A stretch of 64,000 bases of DNA from Octopus sinensis (GCF_006345805.1 NC_043025.1:7626001-7690000), one strand, 5' to 3'. Numbered from the stretch's first letter, positions 24,180 to 37,339 are shown. Translations and numbers: made by a program. The notes: a model not told the origin generated them from the sequence alone.

Positions 24180-27084
24180 CATATATACGACAGGCTTCTT
24201 TCAGTTTCCGTCTCCTAAATCCACTCACAAGGCACTGGTCGGCCCGGGATTATAGCAGAAGACACTTGCCCAAGGTGCCACGCAGTGGGACTGAACCCGG
24301 AACCATGTGATTGGTTAGCCAGCTACTTACCACACAGCCACTCCTGTGCCTATTATTTCATTTATACACGCTTTATATGTAGTTCATATACGCACGTTAA
24401 TATGATATCCATGTTGGTGCTTATAAACAACTTCAGATGAATATACATGCATGCTTAAATGTTCAGGGGCTGTGTGGTTTGTTTCTTAACCACATGGTTC
24501 TGGGTTCAGTCCCCCTGTGTGGTACCTTGGGCAAGTGTCTTCTACTACAGACTCGGGTAGACCAAAGCTTCATGAGTGGATTTGGTAGACGGAAACTGAA
24601 AGAAGCCCATCGTATATATATATATGTATGTATGTGTGTGTGTGAGCGTGGTCGTGTCTATCCACCATGACCACTTGGCAACCAGCGTTGGTTTGTTAAT
24701 GTCTTCATAACTTAGCGGTACCTGGCTTTAATAAAAAAAACAAAAACACGGGTGTTGATTCATTTGACTAAAAATTTTTCACTGTAATGCCCCAGCATGG
24801 CCGCGGTCTAATGACAAATAAATAAAAGCTAAAAGGTGAGATTTTTTAATTTCCCGGTACTTATTCTATCGGTCTCTTTTGCCGAACCGCTAAGTTACAG
24901 GGTCATAAACAGACCAACATCGGTTGTCAAAGTGGTGATGAGGGGGGGCGGGCAATGTGATCCCCCCCCCCCCGAACAAAATTGTTATTACATAGGACAA
25001 AATGCTTTGCAACCATTCTTCCTGCAACAAAGCATTTTGAGTTCAAATTCCACTGAGGGGGGTGGGGTCAAGAAAATAAGTATCAGTTGAGTGCTGGGGT
25101 TAATGTAATTGACTTGCCCCTGCCCATAAAATTTCAGGCCTTGTAAGAGAAATGACCCAGCAAGCTCAACCAGATAATGGTATATATTAGGCATGGCTGT
25201 ATGGTAAGAAGCTTTGTGCCCAACCACATGGTTCTGGGTTCAGTCCCACTGTGTGGATCCTTGGGCAAGTATTTTGTACTATAGCTTCGGGCTGACTAAA
25301 GCCTTGTGAGTGGATTTGCTAGATGGAAACTCAAAGAAGCCCGTTGCTTATGTATATATAGGCGCAGGAGTGGCTGTGTGGTAAGTAGCTTGTTTACCAA
25401 CCACATGGTTCCGGGTTCAGTCTCACAAAGCCTTGTGAGTGGATTTGGTAGACAGAAACTGAAAGAAGCCCATCGTATATATGTATATATGTGTCTGTGT
25501 TTGTACCCCTAGCATTGCTTGACAACCAATGCTGGTGTGTTTACGTTGCCGTAACTTAGCGGTTCGGCAAAAGAGACCGATAGAGTAAGTACTAGGCTTA
25601 CAAAAAATAAGTCCTGGAGTCGATTTGCTCGACTAAAGGCAGTGCTCCAGCATGGCCACAGTCAAATGACGGAAACAAGTAAAAGAGTAAAGAGTACCTC
25701 TTTAGCACTTAAACCGGCCAAGATATTGTTTCGTGTTCTAATCAGCCAGATCTAGCCTATCCTTAACCCGTTAGCATTTAAACCGGCCATATCCGGCCAA
25801 AAGTATTCTGCCTGTTTTATGTTCAAACTGGCCAGATCTGGTCTCTCACACCAACCCTACAATATCATTTTAAAAATTAACAGCTACCTCATCAAAATCT
25901 CATAACTACAAGATAATGCATGATTAGTTCAAAACAATTTGGATAAAGAAGCATTAATTCATCATCATCATCATCATCATCGTTTAACATCCGTTCTCCA
26001 TGCTAGCATGGGTTGGACGGTTCGACCGGGGATCTGGAAAGCCAGAAGGCTGCACCAGGCTCCAGTCTTATCTGGCAGTGTTTCTACAGCTGGATGCCCT
26101 TCCTAATGCCAACCACTCCGTGAGTGTAGTGGGTGCTTTTTACGTGCCACCTGCACAGGTGCCAGGCGAGGCTGGCAACGGCCACGGTCGGATTGGTGTA
26201 TTTTATGTGCCACCTGCACGGAAGCCAAACGAGGGGGTGCTGGCATCGGCCACGAGTCGGATAGTGCTTTTTACGTACCACCAGACCAGGGATCCTGGCT
26301 GGTTCAATTCGATTTCGATTTCGCTTGCCCCAACATGTCTTCGCAAGCAAGGGGGTTGGCATGGGTGCCTGTCGTAGCCAGTGGAGGCGGCGCTGGCATC
26401 GGCCACGAGTCGGATAGTGCTTTTTATGTACCACCAGACCAGGGATCCTGGCTGGTTCAATTCGATTTCGATTTCGTTTTCGCTTGCCCCAACATGTCTT
26501 CGCAAGCAAGGGGGTTGGCATGGGTGCCTGTCGTACGGTCAGATTGGTGTATTTTACGTGCCACCGGCACGGAAGCCAGTGTAGGCATCGGCCACGAGTC
26601 GGATAGTGCTTTTTACGTACCACCAGACAGGGATCCTGGCTGGTTCAATTCGATTTCGATTTCGTTTTCGCTTGCCCCAACATGTCTTCGCAAGCAAGGG
26701 GGTTGGCATGGGTGCCTGTCGTACGGTCAGATTGGTGTATTTTACGTGCCACCGGCACGGAAGCCAGTGTAGGCATCGGCCACGAGTCGGATAGTGCTTT
26801 TTACGTACCACCAGACCAGGGATCCTGGCTGGTTCAATGTGGCAGAATAATGCGAACACTAAAGGGTTAAAGGCCGTTCTAAAAATATACGATCACATCA
26901 TCAAAATTTCAAAGCTATGAGATAATTCATAACCACTTCAGAACAATATGAACACCCCAAAAAAAAAAAATTACACTTGAAAGAATAATCTGATTATGTA
27001 CACCCATGCACACCTGCATATCTGCATATAAATCGTCTCTCTTTCTTTCTCTCTATTATCATTGGCTCATTGACCTATGGATAG

Positions 27085-27254
27085 GTCATCTGTTGATTTA
27101 CTGGAGTGTACCTGGTCAACGGCCCAAGTCAAGGTTACTACCATGGCTGGAACAACGTCCAATAGTCAGCCTCTGTTTCGACCCGTCCGCTACCTGGTTG
27201 TTGGTCATCACTACACAGATCGACATGTTTATCATCCCGGCATTATCCTTAATG
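27085..27254 (+). CDS. RCC1-repeat gene exon 2
   Basis: atAG|GT CAT...ATG|GTatgt; GHLLIYWSVPGQRPKSRLLPWLEQRPIVSLCFDPSATWLLVITTQIDMFIIPALSLM (beta-propeller-like). Confidence 0.82.
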
Positions 27255-28899
27255 GTATGTACTTTCAAATCTCATCAGGCTCTTGTTTTTGTTTGTTCTT
27301 CTTTTGTCTGTGGTTAATTATTCGGCGAGCTGGCAGAAACGTTAGCACGTCGGGCGAAATGCGTAGCCGTATTTCGTCTGCCGTTACGTTCTGGGTTCAA
27401 ATTCCGCCGAAGTCGACTTTGCCTTTCATCCTTTCGGGGTCATTAAATTAAGTACCAGTTACGCACTGGGGTCGATGTAATCAACTTAATACCTATGTCT
27501 GTCCTTGTTTGTCCCCTCTGTGTTTAGCCCCTTGTGAGTAGTAAAGAAATATATTCTTGTCTTTGAGTTTTGGGCCCAAATCTTTGGCATTTTGTCATGC
27601 TTGACAAGAAGACCCATCAAGCCGAGCAAAATCACAGTTGTGGCAGATACTGGTGTCATACAAATTAGTATCCATGCTGGTGGCATATAAAAGCACATCG
27701 GTGTCGCACAACTAGCGCCCATACCGGTGGCATGTAAAAGCACCCATTACGCTCTGAGTGGTTGGTGTTAGGAAGGGCATCTGGCCGTAGAAAACCATAC
27801 CAAATCAGGCTGAAGTTTGGTGTAGCCTTCCAGTGTGCCAGCCCGGTCAAACTGTCCAACCCATGCCAGCATGGACAATGGACATTAGATAATGATGATG
27901 CACTTCAGTGAATGTTATGTGCAAGCCCTTTTGTGGCACCAGCACAGGCGTTTTTATGTGGCACCAGCACGGGCGCTTTTATATAGTCTTTTACTTGTTT
28001 CAGTCAGTTGACTGCGGCCATGCTGGAGCACCGCCTTTAGTCGAGCAAATCGACCCCGGGACTTATTCTTTGTAAGCCCAGTACTTATTCTCTTGGTCTC
28101 TTTTGCCGAACTGCTAAGTGATGGGGACATAAACACACCAGCATCGGTTGTCAAGCAATGCTAGGGGGACAAACACAGACACACAAACATACATGCACAC
28201 ACACATATATATACGACGGGCTTCTTTCAGTTTCCGTCTACCAATCCACTCACAAGGCTTATACACACACACACACACACTAACATATATAAAGAGATAC
28301 ATACACACACAGTGTTTGAGTTTCCATCTGTCAAAGCTACTCACAAGACTTCTGGTGGCCTAAGTCTGATAGACGACACTAACCCAAGGTGCCATGCAGT
28401 GGGATTGAACCCCAAATACATGTGACTGGGAAGCAAACTTCTTCACCACACAGCCATGCTTTCACTTATTACCGCACTTGTGCCTATTTGTATGTGTCTT
28501 TACATCTTCTATGATTTGCATGAAAGTGCAATAGGCAATGTTGTTGTTAGTTTCTTCTGTTAATAAATCATCTGGGCACATTGACCCTTTGAAACTGTGT
28601 GGAATAAGGAATTCCTTACTTGAAAAACACTTAACATCGGCAAGTGCATCCAGTTGTAAAACAATGCTTCAAGTAACGTATTCATCCAACCCATGCAGCG
28701 ATAGAAAAATGGACGTAAAATGAATGAATGTATGTATTTCTCTTGTTTCTAGGGAGGGTCATCATGCCAATATTAACACACACACACACACTGGTTCAAT
28801 TCCACTTCTTTTTTATTAATCAATTGGTTTAATTTGGTTAAACAGTGATTTGTTGTTGTTTTTGTTTAGTCAATATTTATTTTTTTGTTCGATATCCAG

Positions 28900-28972
28900 G
28901 ACCCCCAGAGCAAAGTAGATGCAACGTGGAAGAGAGATGATGCCACACATATAAGATTTAAGAAACCCAAAG
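28900..28972 (+). CDS. RCC1-repeat gene exon 3
   Basis: ccAG|GAC...AAA G|GTaaac; DPQSKVDATWKRDDATHIRFKKPK; phases 0/1. Confidence 0.82.
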
Positions 28973-29901
28973 GTAAACAGATATTTAGTTGTAATTTTGT
29001 CTCTATCCTATTTCCTTTTATTCATGGTTTCACTAACTCTCATCTTAGATGCTTCTGCTTTGGGTGACACACGTGGCAGTCAGAGTGCTCCAGCAGGGTC
29101 AGTCACCCACCACCCTGCTGACTCCAGCAGGAGATGACTGCTATCCTGACTACGGTGATGCTTTTTTGCACTTTGAGCTGTTTATGTAGATTGCTGGTGG
29201 CACGTAAAAAGCACCCACTACACTCTCGGAGTGGTTGGCATTAGGAAGGGTATCCAGCTGTAGAAACACTGCAAGATCAGACTGGAGCCTGGTGCAGCCT
29301 CCTGGCTTCCCAGATCCCGGTTGAACCGTCCAACCCATGCTAGCATGGAGAACGGACGTTAAACGATGATGATGATGATGCTTTTCCTGAGGACAGGGTG
29401 CTGACCTGAAACCCAACTGCTTGCATTTAGAAAAAAGGCTATATTTGGAGCTGCCTTCGTTGACTGTGGATTGCCTTCAGTCATGGACACCTGGTCATTG
29501 GTCATCTTGAGACTCCTTAAACTTGGACATTGCTGCAGCTTGTCTGCATGCGGTTGGCTTTGGTCATGGATCCCTGGTCATTGCTCGTCTTGAGATACCT
29601 CAGCCCTAGTTGGTGGCCATACCTCCTCTATCTGCCTGGTGGTGCTATGTTAACACCTCATCCTCATGTACTTTCGCCCACCACCTGAGGCCGTGCGCCA
29701 GGGTGTGACACTGGAGCCAGCACGAGAGATTTACTGACAAGTGAGATCCAGTGATACCATCCACCCTATCAGATAGGGAGCAGAATGCTAGGTACCAAAG
29801 GTATGATTTTTAACCCAGATAATTCTTATTTGTTGGCCTTTAATCTGACTTAATCTGCTTGCTGTTTTAATTTATATCTTATTCTTTCTTCTCCTCCCTA
29901 G

Positions 29902-29969
29902 GTTTTCCATCGGCACTCTGCTGGTGGCACACACTGACAGGTTACGACGTTGCCATTGTCGGAACATCG
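29902..29969 (+). CDS. RCC1-repeat gene exon 4
   Basis: ccctAG|GT...TCG|GTgagt; GFPSALCWWHTLTGYDVAIVGTS; phases 1/0. Confidence 0.85.
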
Positions 29970-29993
29970 GTGAGTAAATAGAATTTCTTGACA

Positions 29994-30880
29994 TTTTCCT
30001 TTTGAACGGCAGACAATTTCTAGTTAACTAAACACTTTAAAACTTCGTATACTGGTAGAATGTGTCAAAATAAAACATTTGGCTTTCTTGAGAAAACTGT
30101 AATTTGTTTGTTTAACGTAGTTTAATTTTTCGAATTTTGCGGGCATGGCTGTGTGGTTAGGGAGCTTGCTTCCTAGCTACATGGTTTCGGGTTCAGTCCC
30201 ACTGCATGGCACTTTGGGTAGGTGTCTTCCACTATAGCCCCGAGCCGACCGGAGCTTTGTGATTGAATTCGGTAGGTGGAAGTTACTGCCGTGTGTGTAT
30301 GTGTGCGTATAGCTGCTCAGTGCCTCTCCGAAAGAGAGAGAGAGGGAACCAATCCTATGCTCTCTTTTGAGCTAAAATCATTTGCTGCGTCTAAAACTGA
30401 GACAATATCCTGTCGCTACCCCTCAACCTAACCCTAATTTTTTTTTTCTTAATTGTTAAATTAATTTAATTGTTACCCGTGTAAAAAAAACCGAAAGCAA
30501 ATTATAGAATTATTTTGTTTGTTAATTGTTTAAATCATTTTCCATTGCTTTCGTTTTTTTTTACACACGTAACAAATCAATTTAACAATTAAGAAAAAAA
30601 AATTGGGGTTAGGGTTAGGTTGAGGGGGAGGTTTAGGGTTAGTTACAGGATGTCTCAGTTTTAGACGCAACAAATGATTTTAGTTGAATGGAGGTAATCG
30701 ATTGGTTAAAATTGCCGAAATGCTCGGATTCTCAGACGAAATATCTTACAAACTATAGAATTTTCTCAATAAAGCCAAGAGAAAAAGATGTTTTATAAAC
30801 ACATTCTACCAGTATACGAAATTTAAAAGTGTTTAGTTAACTAGAAATTGTGCAGACATCTACCGTTCAAAAGGAAAAGA
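29994..30880. mobile_element. Foldback/TIR element with TAACCC/GGGTTA repeats; SINE head inserted in left arm
   Basis: ttttccttttgaacgg...tatactggtagaatgtgt mirrored by acacattctaccagtata...ccgttcaaaaggaaaa; inner arms about 30372-30500/30547-30683; related fragments at about 18200-18560 and 33835-33925. Confidence 0.75.
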
Positions 30881-32836
30881 TCTGTCTTAGCTTTAAGTAT
30901 TTCCCGTTTTAGTTCTTCGTTACTAACGAGTGAATAGGTGCAGGCATTGGGCATGGCTGTGTAGTTAAGAGGTTTGGTTTGGAATCATGTGATAAGAGGT
31001 TCCCTCCCACCTTGTGGTCAGTGTCAGATAACATCCTACGGGGGGACTAATACCTTGTGAGTGGAATCGGTAGAAAGAAACACAGGACGTTTTTGTGTTG
31101 CTGTGTGGGTGCATTGGTCTATGTATGTGAATATATGATCATCGTCTTCTTTTAATGTCCATCTTCCGTGCTTGCATGGGTAGGACAGTTGACAGGAGCC
31201 AGCCAGGTAGAAAATCTACCCAAGGTTACTGTGTCTGCTTTGGCAGGGATTTTACAACCACTCTGCAGAGTGGACTCAGTGCTTTTTGTATGGTACGAGC
31301 ACAGGTGAGGTCAGTTTTGGCATGATTTTAGCAGCTGGATGCCCTTCCAAATGCCAACCACTCCACAGTGTAGACTCAGTGCTTTTTACATGGCACCAGC
31401 ATAGGTGAGGTCAGTTTTGGCATGATTTTAACAGCTGGATGCCCTTCCGAATACCAACTATGTTACAGTGTGGACTGGATGCTTTTAATGTTGCACCAGC
31501 CCTGGCAAAGTAACCAAGTAGCTCGCAAGACAAGGAATTATGAGAGGAGCAGGGGCATTTGTGAATGAAAGGTTAGAGGTGGCACGTTAAAAGCACCATC
31601 CAATTGTGGCCGTTTGCCAGCCTCGTCTGGCACCTCTGCCGGTGGCACGTAAAAAGCACCCACTACACTCTCGGAGTGGTTGGCGTTATGAAGGGCATCC
31701 AGCTGTAGAAACACTGCCAGATCAGACTGGGCCTGGTGCAGCCTTCTGGCTTCCCAGACCCCAGTTGAACCGTCCAACCCATGCTAGCATGGAAAGCACC
31801 CACTACACTCTCGGAGTGGTTGGCGTTAGGAAGGGCATCCAGCTGTAGAAACACTGCCAGATCAGACTGGGCCTGGTGCAGCCTTCTGGCTTCCCAGACC
31901 CCAGTTGAACCGTCCAACCCATGCTAGCATGGAAAGCACCCACTACACTCTCGGAGTGGTTGGCGTTAGGAAGGGCATCCAGCTGTAGAAACACTGCCAG
32001 ATCAGACTGGGCCTGGTGCAGCCTTCTGGCTTCCCAGACCCCAGTTGAACCGTCCAACCCATGCTAGCATGGAAAGCACCCACTACACTCTCGGAGTGGT
32101 TGGCGTTAGGAAGGGCATCCAGCTGTAGAAACACTGCCAGATCAGACTGGGCCTGGTGCAGCCTTCTGGCTTCCCAGACCCCAGTTGAACCGTCCAACCC
32201 ATGCTAGCATGGAAAGCACCCACTATACTCACGGAGTGGTTGGCGTTAGGAAGGGCATCCAGCTGTAGAATCACTGCCAGATCAGACTGGGCCTGGTGCA
32301 GCCTTCTGGCTTCCCAGACCCCAGTTGAACCGTCCAACCCATGCTAGCATTATTTTCACTTGGCTTTCTTGATAAATTTGTAATTCTGGCCGAAATCAGA
32401 CCGCCATGTTGAATCGTTAGCTCCTGCACGCATTTTTTTTCTCTTCTTGTTTCTCTCCGTGTTTCTTTTCTGTGTATCTTTCTGTTGAAGAGCGTAGGCT
32501 CGAAACGTAAAAGACTTTTTCTATTTCTATAACGCCAGGTCATAGTGCTAGTATTTATTATTTATTTGAAGTGATGGTATGTTGTCAATGTGACCATTCC
32601 ATGAATGGGAAGACTGCTACTGCTATTTAGCCCCAGGAAACACCATCTCCAGCTGGCCACAACACATTTTCTGTGTCCTTATGTTTTCAAGGATCTCCCA
32701 AGGCTAATAATATTGTTTGATGTTCTAACAAGACATCTATGTTAAGTTGGATGTAAAGACTATCTTTTGATAATACTGTTTCCATTGCTAATAATTAATA
32801 TATTTATTTATTTTTCATACGAAATTCTGTTCCTAG

Positions 32837-32959
32837 TTGGGTGAGCTTGTATTTGTCAACCTCCACACAAAGCGAGTTTTGGCAAACACCAGCATCCAGT
32901 CATACATTGTCAAACTTGATTTGATATTTGATGATGAGCAAGTCAGTCGACATCTTCTG
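32837..32959 (+). CDS. RCC1-repeat gene exon 5
   Basis: cctAG|TTG...CTG|GTaagt; LGELVFVNLHTKRVLANTSIQSYIVKLDLIFDDEQVSRHLL. Confidence 0.87.
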
Positions 32960-34247
32960 GTAAGTTCGTTTTCATTTGTATGTGTGTGCATGTGTTCCTT
33001 TTTCCTTTATTTTGGAAGTATGCTGTGCATGAGAAAACCCGGCAGGACAACTGAGACCGTAACCCGTGGCCTCTACACGTGATGTAGCCAGTCCACTTAT
33101 GCATACCTTTCCTTCTTGGGACACAAAACTCTACATGTGAAGACCTGTTGAGGCAAGTGAGAATCAAAATCGATCAACATCAATGGAAATTGCAGCTGTG
33201 ATACTCGTGCCGGTGGCACGTAAGAGAACCATCTGAACGTGGCCGTTGCCAGCGCCGCCCTGATTGGCCTCATGCCGGTGGCACGTAAAAAGCACCATCC
33301 GTTCGTGGCCGTTGCCAGCCTCGCCTGGCCCCCGTGCCGGTGGCATGTAAAAAGCACCACCCGATCGTGGCCGTTGCCAGACTCGTCTGGCACCTGTGCT
33401 GGTAGCACGTAAAAAGCACCCACTACACTCACAGAGTGGTTGGCGTCAGGAAGGGCATCCAGCCGTAGAAACATTGCCAGATCAGACTGGGCCTGGTGCA
33501 GCCTTCTGGCTTCCCAGACCCCAGTTGAACCGTCCAACCCATGCTAGCATGGAAAGCGGATGCTAAACGATGATGATGATGATATAAAAGTGTTGTTGTC
33601 TTTGCATACAAGGGCTTCTCAAAACTAACCGGAAATGCTCTCTGTGGGACAAGCCTGTTGTAGTTTGGACTTCTGCTGCTGGAAGCCACTTGATGTAACC
33701 CTCAGGCATCAGTCTGCCAACTGGCAGCGTTAGGTGGAGTTGTACTGCCATGTGGTACATCGTTGTTTCATGGTGCTTCTCCCCTGTTTGTAAATTTTCG
33801 CAATGGTTGAAACACATGGACAGCATGCGGATCTTTTCCTTTTGAAGGCCAGATTTCAACACAATTTCTAGTTAACTGAACACTTTAAAACTTCGTATAC
33901 TGGTAGAATGTGTCAAAAGTAAACATTATTTTCACTTGGCTTTCTTGATAAATTTGTAATTCTGGCCGAAATCAGACTGCCATGTTGAATCGTTAGCTCC
34001 TGCACGCATTTTTTTTCTCTTCTTGTTTCTCTCCGTGTTTCTTTTCTGTGTATCTTTCTGTTGAAGAGCGTAGGCTCGAAACGTAAAAGACTTTTTCTAT
34101 TTCTATTCCTGAGCGCCATACTAATACAATTGTTTGTTTGAACTCCACCTGCCCCTCGTCTTTTGTTTATTTTCATAAAGCTTCCCGTTATATATATACA
34201 TACATATATATATATATATATACACATACATACATATATATATATAC

Positions 34248-34380
<133 letters not shown>

Positions 34381-34447
34381 ATATATATATATATATTATA
34401 TACACACACACACACACATATATATATATACATATATATATATACAT

Positions 34448-34478
<31 letters not shown>

Positions 34479-34538
34479 CACACATACATATATACATACA
34501 TACATATATATATATTATATACACACACACATATATAT

Positions 34539-34572
<34 letters not shown>

Positions 34573-34624
34573 ACACACACATATATATATATATATACAC
34601 ACACCACACACACACACACACACA

Positions 34625-34655
<31 letters not shown>

Positions 34656-34770
34656 TACATATATAATTATATACACACACACACATATATATATATATAT
34701 ACACACACATACATATATACATACATACATATCTATCTATATATATATATATATATATATAATTTAACAG

Positions 34771-34921
34771 GTCACATCGAAAAAAGGGTCACAGTGGCAG
34801 CTACTTTTGGAGAAGTTAAACAGGTCAGAATGGTACCAGGAAATTGAGTTGGTGTCCAAGAGTTCCCTCTTGACTGCAGATGATACCTACAGTAACGTGG
34901 TCAGCATCATTGACCGAGCAG
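34771..34921 (+). CDS. RCC1-repeat gene exon 6
   Basis: aacAG|GTC...GCA G|GTtagt; [50 protein letters not shown]; phases 0/1. Confidence 0.8.
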
Positions 34922-36029
34922 GTTAGTATGTCTTACTATCTCTCTGTGTATCGGTCACTCTACCTCTTATCTCCTCCTGTCTTTCTGTCTCCTTCTCTTT
35001 ATGCATCATCTCTCTCTGTCTCTCTTTGTTTCTGTCTACCCCTCATCCCTCTGTTTCTTTGTCTCTATCTCTATATATCCATTTAAAAAAAAAAATTAAT
35101 TGGAACAATGTTAGTATGTCTATGTCCATGTAACTTAGCAGTTCAGCAAAACTGACTGATAGAATAAGTACTAGGCTTATGAAGAATGAGTCCTGGGGTT
35201 GATTTGTTTGGCTAAAGGCAGTGCTCCAGCATGGCTGCTGTCAAATGACTGAAACAAAAAGCAAAAAAAGAATATTTCAACTGAAATATGGTAACAAAAG
35301 GGTTAAAGTGATCTAATTTAAAACCTTTCAAAATTTCCTGTGGATTTCTGCTGCCAAATCACACCCCACTGTCTTAAAAGGTTGGAATGTATTGGATTAT
35401 ATAATCATAAAGATGCAATGTGTGTAAGAAGGATGGATGGTCATAGCTAGATTGCATTTTAATCATAGATTTCCTTGATAGAAGTTGTTTAAGGACTCAA
35501 CAACAATATCCTGTGGCGAGCTGGCAGAAACGTTAGCACGCTGGGCGAAATGCTTAGCGGTATTTTGTCTGTCGCTACGTTCTGAGTTCAAATTTCACCG
35601 AGGTCAACTTTGCCTTTCATCCTTTCAAGGTCGATAAATTAAGTATCAGTTGTGCACTGGGGTTGATGTAATCAACTTAATCCGTTTTTCTGTCCTTGTT
35701 TGTCCCCTCTTTGTTTAGCCCCTTGTGGGTAGTAAAGAAACACGTATTTCATCTGCCATTACAGTCTGAGTTCAAATTCTGCCGAGGTCGACTTTGCCTT
35801 TCATCCTTTCAGGGTTGATAAATTAAGTACCAGTTACGCACTGGGGTCGATGTAATCAACTTAACCCCTTTGTCTGTCCTTGTTTGTCCCCTCTATGTTT
35901 AACCCCTTGTTGGCAATAAAAAAATAAAAAACAATATCTTGTCCATTCATGCCCACCACCTGTCATTCAAAATGTTTTTCTTTATTTCTCTTTATCCATT
36001 GGTCACTTCACCTCACCTTGTTAATCCAG

Positions 36030-36157
36030 CCGGCTATCAGGACCTTTTCTGGCCAGTCTACTTCCCCCAATTCGGTCGTTCCATCCAGCTGTCTCCCCAG
36101 TACGCCAAGGGACGACAGCTCGTTGCTGCACACTGCTGTCGCACCTGTTCCTATCAG
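36030..36157 (+). CDS. RCC1-repeat gene exon 7
   Basis: tccAG|CC...CAG|GTaagt; AGYQDLFWPVYFPQFGRSIQLSPQYAKGRQLVAAHCCRTCSYQ. Confidence 0.85.
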
Positions 36158-36866
36158 GTAAGTTGATTGTAGCTTTTCTTTGTTTGTGGCCATCTCTCTC
36201 TCTGGAGAGGGGCATGGCTAACAAGCTTGTTTTGCAACACCATGGCTTTGGATTCAGCCACACTTAAAGGCGAGTGGCACCTTGGCTAGTGTCTTTTATT
36301 ATAACCCTTGGCTGACCAATTCCTTGTGAGTGAATTTGGTACACAGAAACTGTGGAAATCTGTCGTGTGTGTATGTAGGAATATATATACGACTGTACGT
36401 AAGGAGGTTGGTGACAAGGTCTCCTCTTGTATGCCGCATGGTTGCATCCTAACATATTAATAAGAGGAAGCCATAATACATGTTATATTATACAGTGCCA
36501 GGTTAAATGAATGAAGGATGCCAAGCCGTTCTTCTGTTTGAGAGAGAGAAGATAGATTTATATATATATATATCATCATCATCATTGTTTAATGTCTGTT
36601 TTCCATGCTAGCTTCGGTTGGACAGTTTGATTGGGGACTGGCAAGCCAGGAGGCCACACCAGGCTCCAATTTGATCTGGCAATGTTTCTACAGCTGGATG
36701 CCCTTCCTAACACCAACCACTCCGAGAGTGTATATCAAAATTGCGAAGATGATCCGGTTCTTGACTGATGATTGAGGGCTTCGAATGTCCCGTCCGTGTT
36801 TTTTGTGTCGTCTTCTAAATGTTTCACGTTCTTGTCCCAGTTTGTATATTTTTTTACTTTTACACA

Positions 36867-36908
<42 letters not shown>

Positions 36909-37168
36909 GGGCTTCTTTCAGTTTCCACTTCCAAATCCACTTGCAAAGCTTTGGTTGGCTTGGGGGATATAGTAGAAGACACTTCTCCAAGGTACCATAC
37001 TGAGGGACTGAGCTCAGAATCATGTGGTTGGTAGGTAAATGTCTTAGCAACACAGCCACACCTGTGCCTATACAAAACATAACCAAAATAAACAGGTAAT
37101 TAACCTTCTGCTAGATTCCTTTTCCAAATGTTGTTACATGTAATTTTCACCTTGCATTTTCTCCACAG

Positions 37169-37339
37169 ATTTATGATTGCTCCATACAGAGGTCACCACT
37201 GTACATCTACAAACTGCCACTCGGGGCCCACAACACAGTCTTCACTGACAGATTGATATTTCTAAACACATGGCAGGATGGCAAAAAACTCTTCCTATTG
37301 GCCAATCAGAAAGCCGAGACATTCCCAGGTTCTGAGCAG
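37169..37339 (+). CDS. RCC1-repeat gene exon 8
   Basis: cacAG|ATT...CAG|GTaagg; IYDCSIQRSPLYIYKLPLGAHNTVFTDRLIFLNTWQDGKKLFLLANQKAETFPGSEQ. Confidence 0.87.

Noticed and set aside
29764-29778. CCCTATC-A-GATAGGG palindrome resembling tetO
   Set aside because: Spacing differs from tetO, no vector context; 15 bp is compatible with chance
31538-32337. Repeated MDGSTGVWEARRLHQAQSDL ORFs (also at 83, 14691, 33097)
   Set aside because: Incidental frames of SINE-like family C, not a protein family
33563-33862. 99-aa minus-strand ORF in unique-looking sequence
   Set aside because: No recognisable motif, both ends run into repeats, no consistent splice sites
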